DNA of 63,470 bases, filler included, from Squatina squatina (taxonomy: Eukaryota), in NCBI GenBank assembly GCA_031763465.1. It is 3 parts of 3 records of this genome, joined end to end, with 100 filler letters (N's around TTAATTAATTAA, not from the genome) between each part and the next. Parts side by side here need not be neighbours in the genome. Positions count along the whole stretch, not along the records: positions 44,214 to 63,470 come from JARFOE010000149.1; 2 more parts are not named here. One strand, written 5' to 3'. Below are positions 50,905 through 62,159 of this stretch, piece after piece. The position numbers were made by a program, and so were the translations under genes. Every line of letters begins with the position of its first letter. Within the stretch, counting starts at the first letter, position 1. Under the pieces are notes generated by a model. The model saw only the letters and a program-made list of their open reading frames with translations. It was not told the origin of the DNA and searched no databases.

Positions 50905-51665
50905 ACAGATTTTCCGTTTTGGATACTGGTGAGGGAGATGGTTCCTCAGGGGAGTGCAGTCAGAGCCAGGTCCGTGGCACTACGAGTGGCTCAGCTACAC
51001 AGGAGGGAAGGAAGAAAAGAGCGAGAGCAATAGTGATAGGGGATTCTATAGTTCGGGGAACAGATAGACGATTCTGCGGCCGCAGACGTGACTCCAGGAT
51101 GGTGTGTCGCCTCCCTGGTGCCAGGGTCAAGGATGTCACTGAGCGGCTGCAGGACATTCTGGAGGGAGAGGGTGAACAGCCAGAGCTCGTGGTCCATATT
51201 GGTAACAATAACATCGGGTGGAAGAGGGATGAGGTCCTGCAAGCAGATTTCAGGGATCTCGGGGAGAGATTGAAAAGCAGGACCTCAAATGCAGTAATCT
51301 CAGGATTACTCCCAGTGCCACGTGCTAGTGAGCACAGGAATAGGAGGATAGAGCAGGTGAATGCGTGTGTGGAGAGATGGTGTTAGAGAGGGGGGGTCTA
51401 GATTCCTGAGCCATTGGGACCGTTCCTGGGGAAGGTGGGACCAGTACAAGCTGGACGAGTTACACCCCAGCAGGAACGGGACGGGTATCCTCGCGGGGGT
51501 GTTTGCTGGTACTGTTGGGGAGGGTTGACACTATCTTGGCAGGGGGATGGGAATCTGAGTGGGGAGGCAGAAGAGAGGGAAACAAGCTCGAAATGAAAGA
51601 CAGGAAAGTAGAAAGCAATATTGGGAGGCAGAGGAAACAAGGGCTCGCAGCAAATAGGCCCATAG
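50905..51665 (+). mobile_element. CR1 ORF1 with SGNH/GDSL esterase domain
   Basis: AIVIGDSIVRG...LPGARVKDV...VVHIGNNNIG...ISGLLPVPR. Premature stop at 51386. Confidence 0.88.
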
Positions 51666-51698
51666 CACAAACAAAGCAGAACAATATGGAACACGCAC

Positions 51699-51747
51699 CT
51701 GAGACCAACATGGCAGCTACAAGCACAAGGATCGCCCTGGGACACAT
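51699..51747 (-). CDS. APOA4: APOA4-like signal-peptide coding exon (whole exon 51699-51805, including 58 nt of 5' UTR)
   Basis: Acceptor tttttgtcttttcacag| ending at 51806 and Kozak gccATG. 49 coding nt give MCPRAILVLVAAMLVS(G), then donor |gtgcgt. The phase-1 join to 48897 yields a 20-aa signal peptide ending SQA/EV. Confidence 0.85.
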
Positions 51748-52144
51748 GGCTGATTCCACAAACTGCGCAAATTTAATACAGTTTCTGCCTTTCTTTTCAG
51801 CGATTCTGTGAAAAGACAAAAATCAGAGTTAGACTGAGACTTAAATCCTTAATCAGCAGTTATTGCTTTCCGAGTGGAACATTCTCCCCACTAAAAATCT
51901 TTTCCCCTTATTTACAGGACATCCTGAATATCACTGTCTGCCCTGAACTCCACTCCATTATAAACTGTCAGCTAACTGTAAATATTAAAGCGTATTCTGG
52001 ATATCGAGTGTCAGCTTCGACCAGATGGCTGAGACACTGCGACCTTCTGCACAGACACTGGGCCCAGGTGAGCGAGTGAACCCTGGGCCTTCCCTGGGTT
52101 GGAGCAGTGTGAGCTACAGCAGCCGCACTCAGAGTTCCTCTCAC

Positions 52145-52175
52145 CTGCCTCTGCTCTGGCCCTCCCGACGCTCAG
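52145..52175 (-). other. Candidate short non-coding first exon of the APOA4-like gene
   Basis: Donor gcag|gtgaga at 52144. The start is inferred about 25-30 nt downstream of a TATA-like box. Confidence 0.5.
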
Positions 52176-52197
52176 TGTCCCTTCCCCACGGGCCGGG

Positions 52198-52410
52198 CTC
52201 TATATGAGGGCATCTTATCAGCAGCTGATCAGAGATGCCGGCTCAGGCTCCACTCATGGACTTTCCCTGATGCTGAGAGAACGTGGAGCTTCCAACAACC
52301 CTGTCACTGTGAGCTCTGATGTGTTTCCTCAAATGTGGCTCGAACTGCACTGAGCGGGCAAACTCCGGTCGAGATTCATCTCTCGGTACAAAGGCCATAG
52401 TTTGATAACG
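52198..52410 (-). promoter_or_regulatory. Candidate APOA4-like proximal promoter
   Basis: TATA-like CATATAGAG (52198-52206, minus), GATA site TGATAAG (52214-52220), HNF4/DR1-like GGTACAAAGGCCA (52385-52397) and a second TGATAA near 52403. Confidence 0.5.
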
Positions 52411-52429
52411 CCTGGAACCTTTTTAATGT

Positions 52430-52790
52430 CCTTAGTATTTATTATGAAGGCTTTTGTCTGAGTAAATGAGGAGAAACTGTTTCCAGGGGCAGGAGGCTCG
52501 GGAACCAGAGGGACACAGATTGAAGGTGATCGGTAAAAGGCCCAGAGGGACATGAGGAGAATGTTTTTACACAGCAAGTGATCGGGAACGTGCTGCCTGA
52601 AAGGGCGGTGGAAGCAGATTCAATAGTAACTTTCAGAAGGGAATTGGAGAAATACTGGAAAATTAAAAATCTGCAGGGCTGTGGGGAAAGAGCAGGGGAG
52701 TGAGACTAATTGGAGAGCTCTTTCACAGAGCCAGCACAGGCTCGATGGTCCGAATGGCCTCCTTCTGTGCTGTATGAGTCAATGATTCCA
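52430..52790 (+). mobile_element. CR1 3' end (second subfamily)
   Basis: ggagaaactgtttccagggg...accagagggacacagatt...aatggcctccttctgtgctgtatga. Confidence 0.8.
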
Positions 52791-52847
52791 CCCCCTCGTG
52801 AGGTGAGCTCCCTCTACACTGTCCGATCGAACGGCTTAAGCAAACCA

Positions 52848-55800
52848 AGTGCCCCCACCCTAAGGTGCCAGTGCCACTCCCCAAGGTGCCAGTGTCAAAC
52901 CCCTAATTGCCAGTGTCACAACCCAAAGTGTAAGTGCCTCTCCCCAAGATGCCAGTGCCACAGCCCTAGGGTCCAGTGTCACACCTCAAGTGCCAGTGTT
53001 GCACCCTAAGGTGCCAGTGTCACTCCCCAAGTTGCCAATATCAAAACCAAAGATGCCAGCACCACGCCCCTACTTTCCAGTGTCACACCCCAAGTGCCAG
53101 TGTCACACACCATGGTGCCCTTGCCACTCCCCATGGTCCCAGTGTCACACCCTAAGGTGCCAGTGTCACCCCCCAAGGTGCCAGTACCACAATCTAATGA
53201 GCCAGGGCCACAAACTAAGCTGCCAGTTTCACACCCCCAAGGTGCTAGTGTCACACCGCTAGGTGCCAGTGTCACACCCACAGATGCCAGTGCCACACCC
53301 CAAAGTGCCAGTGTCACAACCCAAGATGCCAGTGTCACAACCCAAGGTGCCAGTGTCACACCCCAAGTTGCCGGTGCCACTCCCGAAGGTGCCAGTGCCA
53401 CTCCCGAAAGTGCCAGTGTCACTTCCTAAGGTGCCAGTGTCTCACCACAAGATGCCAGTGTCACATCGCTCAGTGCCAGTGTCACACCCCTAGGTGTCAG
53501 TGTCACACCCCCAGGTGCCAGTGCCACTCTCCAAGGTGCCAGTGCCACTCCCCAAAGTGCCAGTGTCACATTTTAAGGTGCCAATGTCTCACCACAAGAT
53601 GCCAGTGTCACATTGCTCGGTGCCAGTGCCACTCCCCAAGGTGCCAGTGTCGCACCCTAAAGTGCCAGTGCAACATCCCATGATGCCAGTGTCACACGCT
53701 CAGGTGCCAGTGTAAAACCCCGAGGTACCCGTGCCACACCCCAAAGTGTCAGTGTCACACCCCCAGGTGCCAGTGCCACTCCCCAAGGTGCTGGTGCCAT
53801 TCCACAAAGTGCCAGTGTCACATCCTAAGGTGCCAGTGTCTCACCACAAGATGCCAGTGTCATAGCACTCGGTGCCAGTGCCACTCCCCAAGGTGCCAGT
53901 GTCAAATCCCTCAGTGCCAATGCCACACCTCCAGGTGCTAGTGTCACTCCCCAAGGTGCCAGTGTCACGCCCCAAGGTGCCAGTGTCACGCCCCAAGGTG
54001 CCAGTGTCTCATCCCAAGGTTCCAGTGTCACAACCTAAGGTGCCAGTGCCACTCCCCAAGTTCCAGTGTCACACCCCAAGTTGCCAGTGTCACATCCCAA
54101 GGTGCCAGTGCGACTCCCCAAGGTGCCAATGTCACACCCCAATGTGACAGTGTCAGAAACCTAGGTGCCAGTGCCACACCCCTAGATATAAGTGTCACAC
54201 CCCTAGGTGCCAGAGTCAATCCCTAGGTGCCAGTGCCACACTCTAAGGTGTCAGTGCCACAACCCAAAGTGCCAGTGTCATGCCCTTTGGTGCCAGTGTC
54301 ACACCCCGAGGTGAGAGTGTCACACCCCAAGGTGCCAGTGTCACACCCCAAGGTGCCAGTGCAACTCCCCAAGGTGCCAGTGCCACACCACAAGTTGCCA
54401 GTGCCACACCCCAAGGTGCCAGTGTCACAGGCCTGGGAGCCAGTGTCACATCCCAAGCTTGCCAGAGCCACTCCCTGAGGTGCCAGTGTCACAGCCCTGA
54501 GGTGCCAGTGCCACTCCCCAAGGTGCCAGTGCCACACCCCAAGTTGCCAGTACCACACCCCAAGGAGCCAGTGTCACAGGCCTGGGTGACAGTGTCTCAT
54601 CCCAAGATGCCAGTGCCACTCCCTGAGGTGCCAGTGCCACACCATAAGGTGCCAGTGCCACACGCCAAGGTGCCAGTGCCACTCCCCAAGGTGCCAGTGT
54701 CACAACCCAAGATGCCAGTGCCGCACCCCTAGTTGCCAGTGTCACAACATAAGGTGCCAGTGTCACACCCCTTGGTGTCAGTGCCACTCCCCAATGTGCC
54801 ACTGTCACACCCCTAGGTGCCAGTGCCATCCCCAAGGTGCCAGTGTGTACACACCTATGTGCCCGTGTCACAACCCAAGGTACCAGTGCCACACCCCTAG
54901 GTTCCAGTGTCACAGTCCATGTGCCAGTGTCACACCCATGGTGCCAGTGCCACTCCCCAGGGTGCCAGTTTCACAACCAAAGATGCTAAAGCCACACCCC
55001 TAGGTTCCAGTGTCACACCCCAATTGCCAGTGTCACACCCCAATGTGCCAGTGCCAATCCCCAAGGTGTCACTGCCACTCCCCTAGGTGCCAGTGTCACA
55101 CCCTAAGTTGACAGTGTCACAACCTAAGGTGCCAGTGCCTCACCCCAAGGTGCCAATAGCACAACCTAAGGTGCCAGTGCCACTCCCCAAAGTGCCAGTG
55201 TCACTCACCTACATGCCAGTGTCACACCCCAAGGTGCCAGTGTCACAACCCAAGATACCAGTGCCACACCCCTCAGGTCTAGTGGCACACCCCAAGTGCC
55301 AGTGTCACACTTTCCAAGGTTCCAGCGCTACTCCCCAAGGTGCCAATGTCAAAACCAAAGATGCCAGTGCCACACCACTACTTTCCAGTGTCTTACCCCA
55401 AGTGCCAGTGTCGCACACCAAGGTGCCCATGCCACTCCACAACTTCCCAGTGTCACACCCTAAGGTGTCAGTGTCACTCCCCAAGGTGCCAGTGCCACGC
55501 CCTAAGCTGCTAGTGTCACACCCACAGATGCCAATGTCACATCCCAAGGTGCAAGTGCCACTCCCTAAGGTGCCAGTTTCACACCCAAGGTGTCAGTGTC
55601 GCTCCCCAAGATGCCAGTGCCACACCCCAGGTGCCAGTGTCACACCCTAAGGTGCCAGTGTCACACCCCAAGGTGCCAGTACCACACCCACTCGGTGCAA
55701 GTGTCAATAACCCAGGTGCCAGTGCTTCTCCCCAATGTGCCTATGCCACTCCCCAAAGTGCCAGTGTCAAACCCTAAGGTACCAGTGTCACATCCTTAGG

Positions 55801-56496
55801 TGCCAGTGCCAATCTCCAAGGTGCCAGTGTCACACCCCTAGTTGCCAGTGTCACACCCTAAGGTGCCAGGGCTCTCCCCAAGGTGCCAGTGCCACAACCT
55901 TAGGTGCCAGTGTCAAAACCTAAGGTACCAGTTCCTCTCCCCAAGGTGCCAGTGCCACAACCTAAGGTGCCAGTACCACACCCTTAGGTTCCAGTGTTAC
56001 ACCCTAGGGTGCCAGTGTCACATCCCTAGGTGCCAGTGCCAATCCCCAAGGTGACAGTGTCACACCCCTAGTTTCCAGCATCACACCCTAAGGTGCCAGT
56101 GCCTCTCCACAAGTTGCCAGTGCCACACCCTAAGGTGCCAGTGCCACATCCTAAGGAGCCAGTGTCACCACCCAAGATACCAGTGCTACAGCCCTTGGGT
56201 CCAGTGTCACCCCTCAAAGTGTCAGTGCCTCTCCCCAAGATGCCAGTGCCACTCCCCAAGGTGCCAGTGTCAAACACCTAATTGCCAGTGTCACACCCCA
56301 AAGTGTAAGTGCCTCTCCCCAAGATGCCAGTGCCACATCCTAAGGTGCCAGTGTCACAACCCAAGATACCAGTGCCACAGCCCTAGGGTCCAGTGTCACA
56401 CCCCAAGTGCCAGTGTTGCACCCCAAGGTGCCAGTGTCACTCCCCAAGTTGCCAATATCAAAACCAAAGATGCCAGCACCACGCCCCTACTTTCCA
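52848..56496. repeat. 20/21-bp minisatellite (CCCCAAGGTGCCAGTG[T/C]CAC[A/T])n, at least 3.6 kb
   Basis: Roughly 175 diverged units up to the gap. Accounts for all the PKVPVSH / CQCHTPR / GVTLAP ORFs. Confidence 0.95.
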
Positions 56497-56633
56497 NNNN
56501 NNNNNNNNNNNNNNNNNNNNNNNNNNNNNNNNNNNNNNNNNNNNNNNNNNNNNNNNNNNNNNNNNNNNNNNNNNNNNNNNNNNNNNNNNNNNNNNNTGTG
56601 TCTCAGGGTGAAAATGAACTACTCAGTGTGGAA

Positions 56634-56930
56634 AGAACTTGCAGTTTCTAGCGCCTATCACCACATCAGGATGTCCCAAAGCGCTTCACAGCCAATGAAG
56701 TACTTTTTGAAATGTAGTCACTGTTGTAATGTAGGAAACGTCGCAGCCAATTTGTGCACAGCAAGCTCCCACAGACAGCAATGAGATAAATGCCCAGATA
56801 ATCTGTTTTGGTGATGTTGGCCAGGACTTGGGGAGAACTGCCCTGCTCCTTTTCGAAATAGTGCCATGGAATTTTTTAACGTCCACCTGATAGGGCAAAC
56901 AGGGCCTTGGTTTAAAATCTCATCCGAAAC
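56634..56930 (-). mobile_element. Deu-domain SINE fragment
   Basis: aggatgtcccaaagcgcttcacagccaatgaagtac...gcaagctcccacagacagcaatg. Confidence 0.8.
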
Positions 56931-57329
56931 GCCTGTGTGTCACGTCCGGATCTGTCCCCGTTCCTGATCGACGTTCATTAACTCAAGGATTGGGCACAGC
57001 TGTGTTGCTCTCCACCCTCCTCACGGTCAGGTGCTCTGATGACACTCAGGTGTCAAGGCTCACCCACGGAGATTGGCCACCTGGCCAAGGTACCAGAGGG
57101 CTGCTGGAACCTGTAGAGTTCAGCACAGCAAGAGTCCACACTTTAGGACAGAATGAGAGGAGTGGGGGAAAGGATATTGCCCTTGTGAAAGAGTGTGGTG
57201 AATTCCGGTAAGGAATTTGGACATGTGTGCAATTTATGCCCTGCTCAATTATCATTTACCAATCATTTTAATGAACAGAAATTCTCGAGGGCTGCAAATT
57301 GAGCTCTTGCCTAAACACCCGATGCACCT

Positions 57330-57558
57330 CCCCGATTTTAATCGCACCACCATTGGCGGCCCTACACTCTGGAATTCCATGCCTAAATCTCTACCTCTCT
57401 CACCTCCTTGAAGACACTCCTTAAAACGTACCTCTTGGTTCCAGATACCTCCTTATGTGGCTTGGTGATAAATTTTGTCTGATTAAACTCCTGTGAAACA
57501 CCTTGGGACGTTTTACTGCATTCACGACGCTATGTAAATGCAAGTTGTTATTATTGTT
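57330..57558 (+). mobile_element. L2-like LINE 3' end
   Basis: Similar to 38310-38560. Confidence 0.65.
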
Positions 57559-57949
57559 GACGTGATGCATGAGTTCTGTGTCACTGAACTCTGCCCTCGA
57601 GCATTTGTAAACCCATTTATTCTGTGCGGAGCTCATAATTTTGTTTTAAAGTGACAGGATTTTTCACAAAGACAGAACCTATTAACCTGGCTGCCAGCTT
57701 TGGCGGTTCACATAATACACACTGGTGTGCTTTCCGAATGGAAGACCTTGATAGGTTGCCGCTGAGGTTGTCAGCTGTGTATTTGAAGCGCTAGTGATTA
57801 AATCACATGTAACTTGACGTCATCAGCAGTCATCTGTGACATCATACGTATACTGCACAGTCGTACGATCCACGACAGGTGGAATCACACTGTATTTGGC
57901 AGTGGATCCGATGCGCAAAACCGACTACAAATACGCACGCAGTGGAAAG

Positions 57950-58260
57950 AAGGACTTACATTTACATAGTTCACGACCACCGGATGTCTCAAAGCGATTT
58001 GCAGTCAATGAACTATTTTTAAAATGTCGTCACTGTTGTAATGTCAGAAACACGGCAGCCAATTTGCGCACAGCAATCTCTCACAAACTGCAATGTGATA
58101 ATGACCAGATAATCTGTTTTAGTGATGTTGATTGAAGGATAATATTGGCCAGGACACTCACTCAGCATTGCACTGGAGTGTCAGTCTGGATTTTTGTGCT
58201 CAAGTCTCAGAGTGGGACTTGAACCCACAACCTTTCAAGTCCCATTCCAGAGACTTGAGC
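57950..58260 (-). mobile_element. Deu-domain SINE, internally deleted, with a fold-back end
   Basis: gcagccaatttgcgcacagcaa...ccagataatctgttttagtgatgttgattga...gtgggacttgaacccacaacc. Confidence 0.75.
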
Positions 58261-58494
58261 CTCTCTCTTGCCTTCCAACCTCTGTCAGGTAGCCTAGGAG
58301 AGACATCAGGAACAGTTCTTGCTAGCTAGTAGAAATGAGGGTCAAAAATAATTGTGCTTAGAGGGGTGAAAATAGGTCAAAACTTTGGATTTTTNNNNNN
58401 NNNNNNNNNNNNNNNNNNNNNNNNNNNNNNNNNNNNNNNNNNNNNNNNNNNNNNNNNNNNNNNNNNNNNNNNNNNNNNNNNNNNNNNNNNNNNN

Positions 58495-58865
58495 CACCTC
58501 AGGATGTCCCAAAGCACTTTATAGTCAATGAAGTATGTTTGAAGTATCGTCACTGTTGTACTGTTGGAAATGCGGCAGCTAATTTGCAAACAGCAATGTG
58601 CTCATGACCAGATAATCTGTTTTAGTGATGTTGATTGAGGGATAAAAATTGGCCAGGACATCAGGGAGAACTCCCCTGCTCTTCTTTAATATAGTGTCAT
58701 GGGATCTTTTACGTCCACCTGTGAGAGCAGACGGGGCCTCGGTTTAACGTCTTATCCAAAAGACGGCACCTCTGACAGCGCAGCGCACCCTCAGCACTGC
58801 AAAACTCATAACCTTCTAACTCAAGAGGCAAGAGTGCTACCAACTGAGCCAGAACTGACACACTG
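58495..58865 (-). mobile_element. Deu-domain SINE
   Basis: Same blocks as 44855-45311, including the head gagtgctaccaactgagcca. Confidence 0.8.
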
Positions 58866-59104
58866 AACATCACAAAGGAGCCACGCAGCGAGCAGCATGC
58901 AAGACTCCCAAACAGGCAAACAAACCAGATCTACTCCAGAAATCTCCGCAAGCATCAACCCAATCCCACTCTTTTTAACGCACTACAGGTTGAGGGAGAG
59001 GCATNNNNNNNNNNNNNNNNNNNNNNNNNNNNNNNNNNNNNNNNNNNNNNNNNNNNNNNNNNNNNNNNNNNNNNNNNNNNNNNNNNNNNNNNNNNNNNNN
59101 NNNN

Positions 59105-59700
59105 CATCCCAAAGCGCTTTACGGGCAACAAAGCACTTTTTGAGGTGTAGCTACTGTTGTGATGTAGCAAACGTGGCAGGCAATTTGCGCACAGCAAGCT
59201 CCCACAAACAGCAATGTGATGCTGACCAGATAATCTGTTTTAGTGATGTTGATTGAGGGATATATATATTGGCCAGGAATCGGGGATAACTCCCCTGCTC
59301 TTCTTCAAAATAGTGCCATGGGTAAGGTGGCCAGAAGTCCCAGTTTTGCCGGGACATTCCTGGTTTTTTCAGGAAGTGTCCCGGTGCCCTGATACTTAAA
59401 TCAAAAGTGCTCAAATGTCCCGGTTTATTGTGCCCACTCGATTGCGCACACGCAGTTCCAGCGGAGAACGGACTGCGTGTGCGCAACCGCAGCCTGATTG
59501 TCCCGGTTTGGGACTCTGCCGATCTGGTCACCTTAGCCATGGGATCTTTTACATCCACCTGAGAGGGCAGACTGAACCTCGGTTTACCGTTTCAGGTCTA
59601 CGGTCTCATCCGAAAGACGGCACCTTGGCACTGCGCTGGAGTGTCAGCCTAGATTTTTGTGCTCAAGTCTGGAGCGGGACTCAAACCCTCAACCTCTTGA
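59105..59700 (-). mobile_element. Deu-domain SINE split by a hAT MITE
   Basis: SINE sequence stops at gccatggg (59322) and resumes at gccatgggatcttttacatccacc (59536). Confidence 0.8.
59323..59535. mobile_element. 213-bp hAT (Blackjack-like) MITE
   Basis: 13-bp TIRs TAAGGTGGCCAGA / TCTGGTCACCTTA (1 mismatch), a perfect 8-bp TSD GCCATGGG, and repeated GTCCC/GGGAC subterminal motifs. Confidence 0.9.
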
Positions 59701-61037
59701 CGTTTTGTTACTTTAAAGGCACTACATAAATTGTTATTGTTAACTCCCCCCACCCTCTCCCCATTTGCAATGATTACACATCATTGTTAATCTCACATTA
59801 ACATGATCACACATCAACGACTTGGAACGTCCTGACCCGTATCCACCAGGACAGAAGACGTTCTGTGAATCCTGCCTGAGTTCAGATACACACTTTTAAA
59901 AACTTTACTTCCAACTTCCCACAGCTGTAGTGATGGCCCAACTATCAGCCTGAAACTAAACGAACAGGCTTTCCACTCCTAATAAATAGAATAATGGGGG
60001 GTTGGACACTCTTCCTCACAAAACACAACATTGACATTAACAGGGGAAAGGGTTTTTTTAAAGTTNNNNNNNNNNNNNNNNNNNNNNNNNNNNNNNNNNN
60101 NNNNNNNNNNNNNNNNNNNNNNNNNNNNNNNNNNNNNNNNNNNNNNNNNNNNNNNNNNNNNNNNNNNNNNNNNNNNNNNNNNNNNNNNNNNNNNNNNNNN
60201 NNNNNNNNNNNNNNNNNNNNNNNNNNNNNNNNNNNNNNNNNNNNNNNNNNNNNNNNNNNNNNNNNNNNNNNNNNNNNNNNNNNNNNNNNNNNNNNNNNNN
60301 NNNNNNNNNNNNNNNNNNNNNNNNNNNNNNNNNNNNNNNNNNNNNNNNNNNNNNNNNNNNNNNNNNNNNNNNNNNNNNNNNNNNNNNNNNNNNNNNNNNN
60401 NNNNNNNNNNNNNNNNNNNNNNNNNNNNNNNNNNNNNNNNNNNNNNNNNNNNNNNNNNNNNNNNNNNNNNNNNNNNNNNNNNNNNNNNNNNNNNNNNNNN
60501 NNNNNNNNNNNNNNNNNNNNNNNNNNNNNNNNNNNNNNNNNNNNNNNNNNNNNNNNNNNNNNNNNNNNNNNNNNNNNNNNNNNNNNNNNNNNNNNNNNNN
60601 NNNNNNNNNNNNNNNNNNNNNNNNNNNNNNNNNNNNNNNNNNNNNNNNNNNNNNNNNNNNNNNNNNNNNNNNNNNNNNNNNNNNNNNNNNNNNNNNNNNN
60701 NNNNNNNNNNNNNNNNNNNNNNNNNNNNNNNNNNNNNNNNNNNNNNNNNNNNNNNNNNNNNNNNNNNNNNNNNNNNNNNNNNNNNNNNNNNNNNNNNNNN
60801 NNNNNNNNNNNNNNNNNNNNNNNNNNNNNNNNNNNNNNNNNNNNNNNNNNNNNNNNNNNNNNNNNNNNNNNNNNNNNNNNNNNNNNNNNNNNNNNNNNNN
60901 NNNNNNNNNNNNNNNNNNNNNNNNNNNNNNNNNNNNNNNNNNNNNNNNNNNNNNNNNNNNNNNNNNNNNNNNNNNNNNNNNNNNNNNNNNNNNNNNNNNN
61001 NNNNNNNNNNNNNNNNNNNNNNNNNNNNNNNNNNNNN

Positions 61038-61744
61038 AAGAGCTCCATGTCCGCATGCAACAATAACTGGACAACATCCAGGCTTGGGCTGAGAAGTGGC
61101 AAGTAATACTTGCATCATTGAAATGCCAGGCAATGACCATCTCCAAGAAAAGTGAGTCTAATCACCTCTGCTTGACATTCAATGGCATTATCATCATCAA
61201 ATCCCTTATCATTAATATCCTGAGGGCCACCATTGTCCAAAAACTCAACTGAACCAGTCGCTTGAATGCTGTGGCTAATAGAACAGGTCATCAGAGGCTG
61301 GGTATTTTTTTGTGAGTGTCTTACCTCCTGACTCCCCAAAGCCTTTTCACCATCTACAATCACAAGTCAGGAATGTGATGGCCTACTCTCCACTTGCCTC
61401 GATGGGTACAGCTCCAAAAACAGTCAAGAAGCTTGACACCATCTAGGACAAAACAGCACGCTTGATCAGAACCCAATCCACCATCTTAAATGTCCGCTCC
61501 CTCCACCATCGGTGCACGGTGGCTGCAGTGTGTATTATCTACAAGATGCACTGCACCAGCCCGCCCAGGCTTCTTTGGCAAGACCTCCTAAACCTGCAGC
61601 CTCCAACACCTAAAAGGACAAGGGCAGCAGGTGCATAGGAACAGCATAACCTCTACTTTCCCTCTAAATCACACACCATCCTGACTTGGACATAAATTGC
61701 TGTTCCTTCATCGTCACTGGGTCAAAATTCTGGAACTCCCTATT
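61038..61744 (+). mobile_element. LINE RT C-terminal fragment (family of 33673-34150)
   Basis: cctcctgactccccaaagccttttcaccatctaca...gtggctgcagtgtgtattatctacaagatgcactgca. Confidence 0.8.
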
Positions 61745-62159
61745 NNNNNNNNNNNNNNNNNNNNNNNNNNNNNNNNNNNNNNNNNNNNNNNNNNNNNNNN
61801 NNNNNNNNNNNNNNNNNNNNNNNNNNNNNNNNNNNNNNNNNNNNGTGTCATGGAAAGGGACTGAATTGCTCTGATGTTTTCAAAGTGTTATTTGAGGTTC
61901 AGAGTGCTGCTGCCTGATAAGCAGCTACTTTCAAAGGTTGCGTTAGAAAATTACAAACTACTTTGCATTGATCTTGCTGTCCATTGAGAACAGATAAGAG
62001 GTGCTGTTGTTTACGACTCCTTCCCCAAACCGCTTTCTTGGTTACTGTCCCATATTTCCACAAAGTGTCCGGTACTGTTGCATTTCAACCCCTTGACCAC
62101 CCAACCCCTTTCTTGACCACCCAGACAGCTTCGAAAACTCCCTGATTTCCACATCACCA

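Noticed and set aside
50919-51386. GDSL/SGNH esterase as a host or horizontally acquired gene
   Set aside because: It is the known esterase domain of CR1 ORF1, embedded in LINE sequence and ending in a premature stop.
52990-56611. Many Pro/Val-rich or Cys/His-rich ORFs (mucin-, extensin- or metallothionein-like)
   Set aside because: These are translations of the minisatellite. Mixed 20- and 21-bp units shift frame constantly and introduce stops.
59945-61146. Long ORFs of 350-385 aa (also 11715-12386)
   Set aside because: Almost entirely X residues from N gaps.
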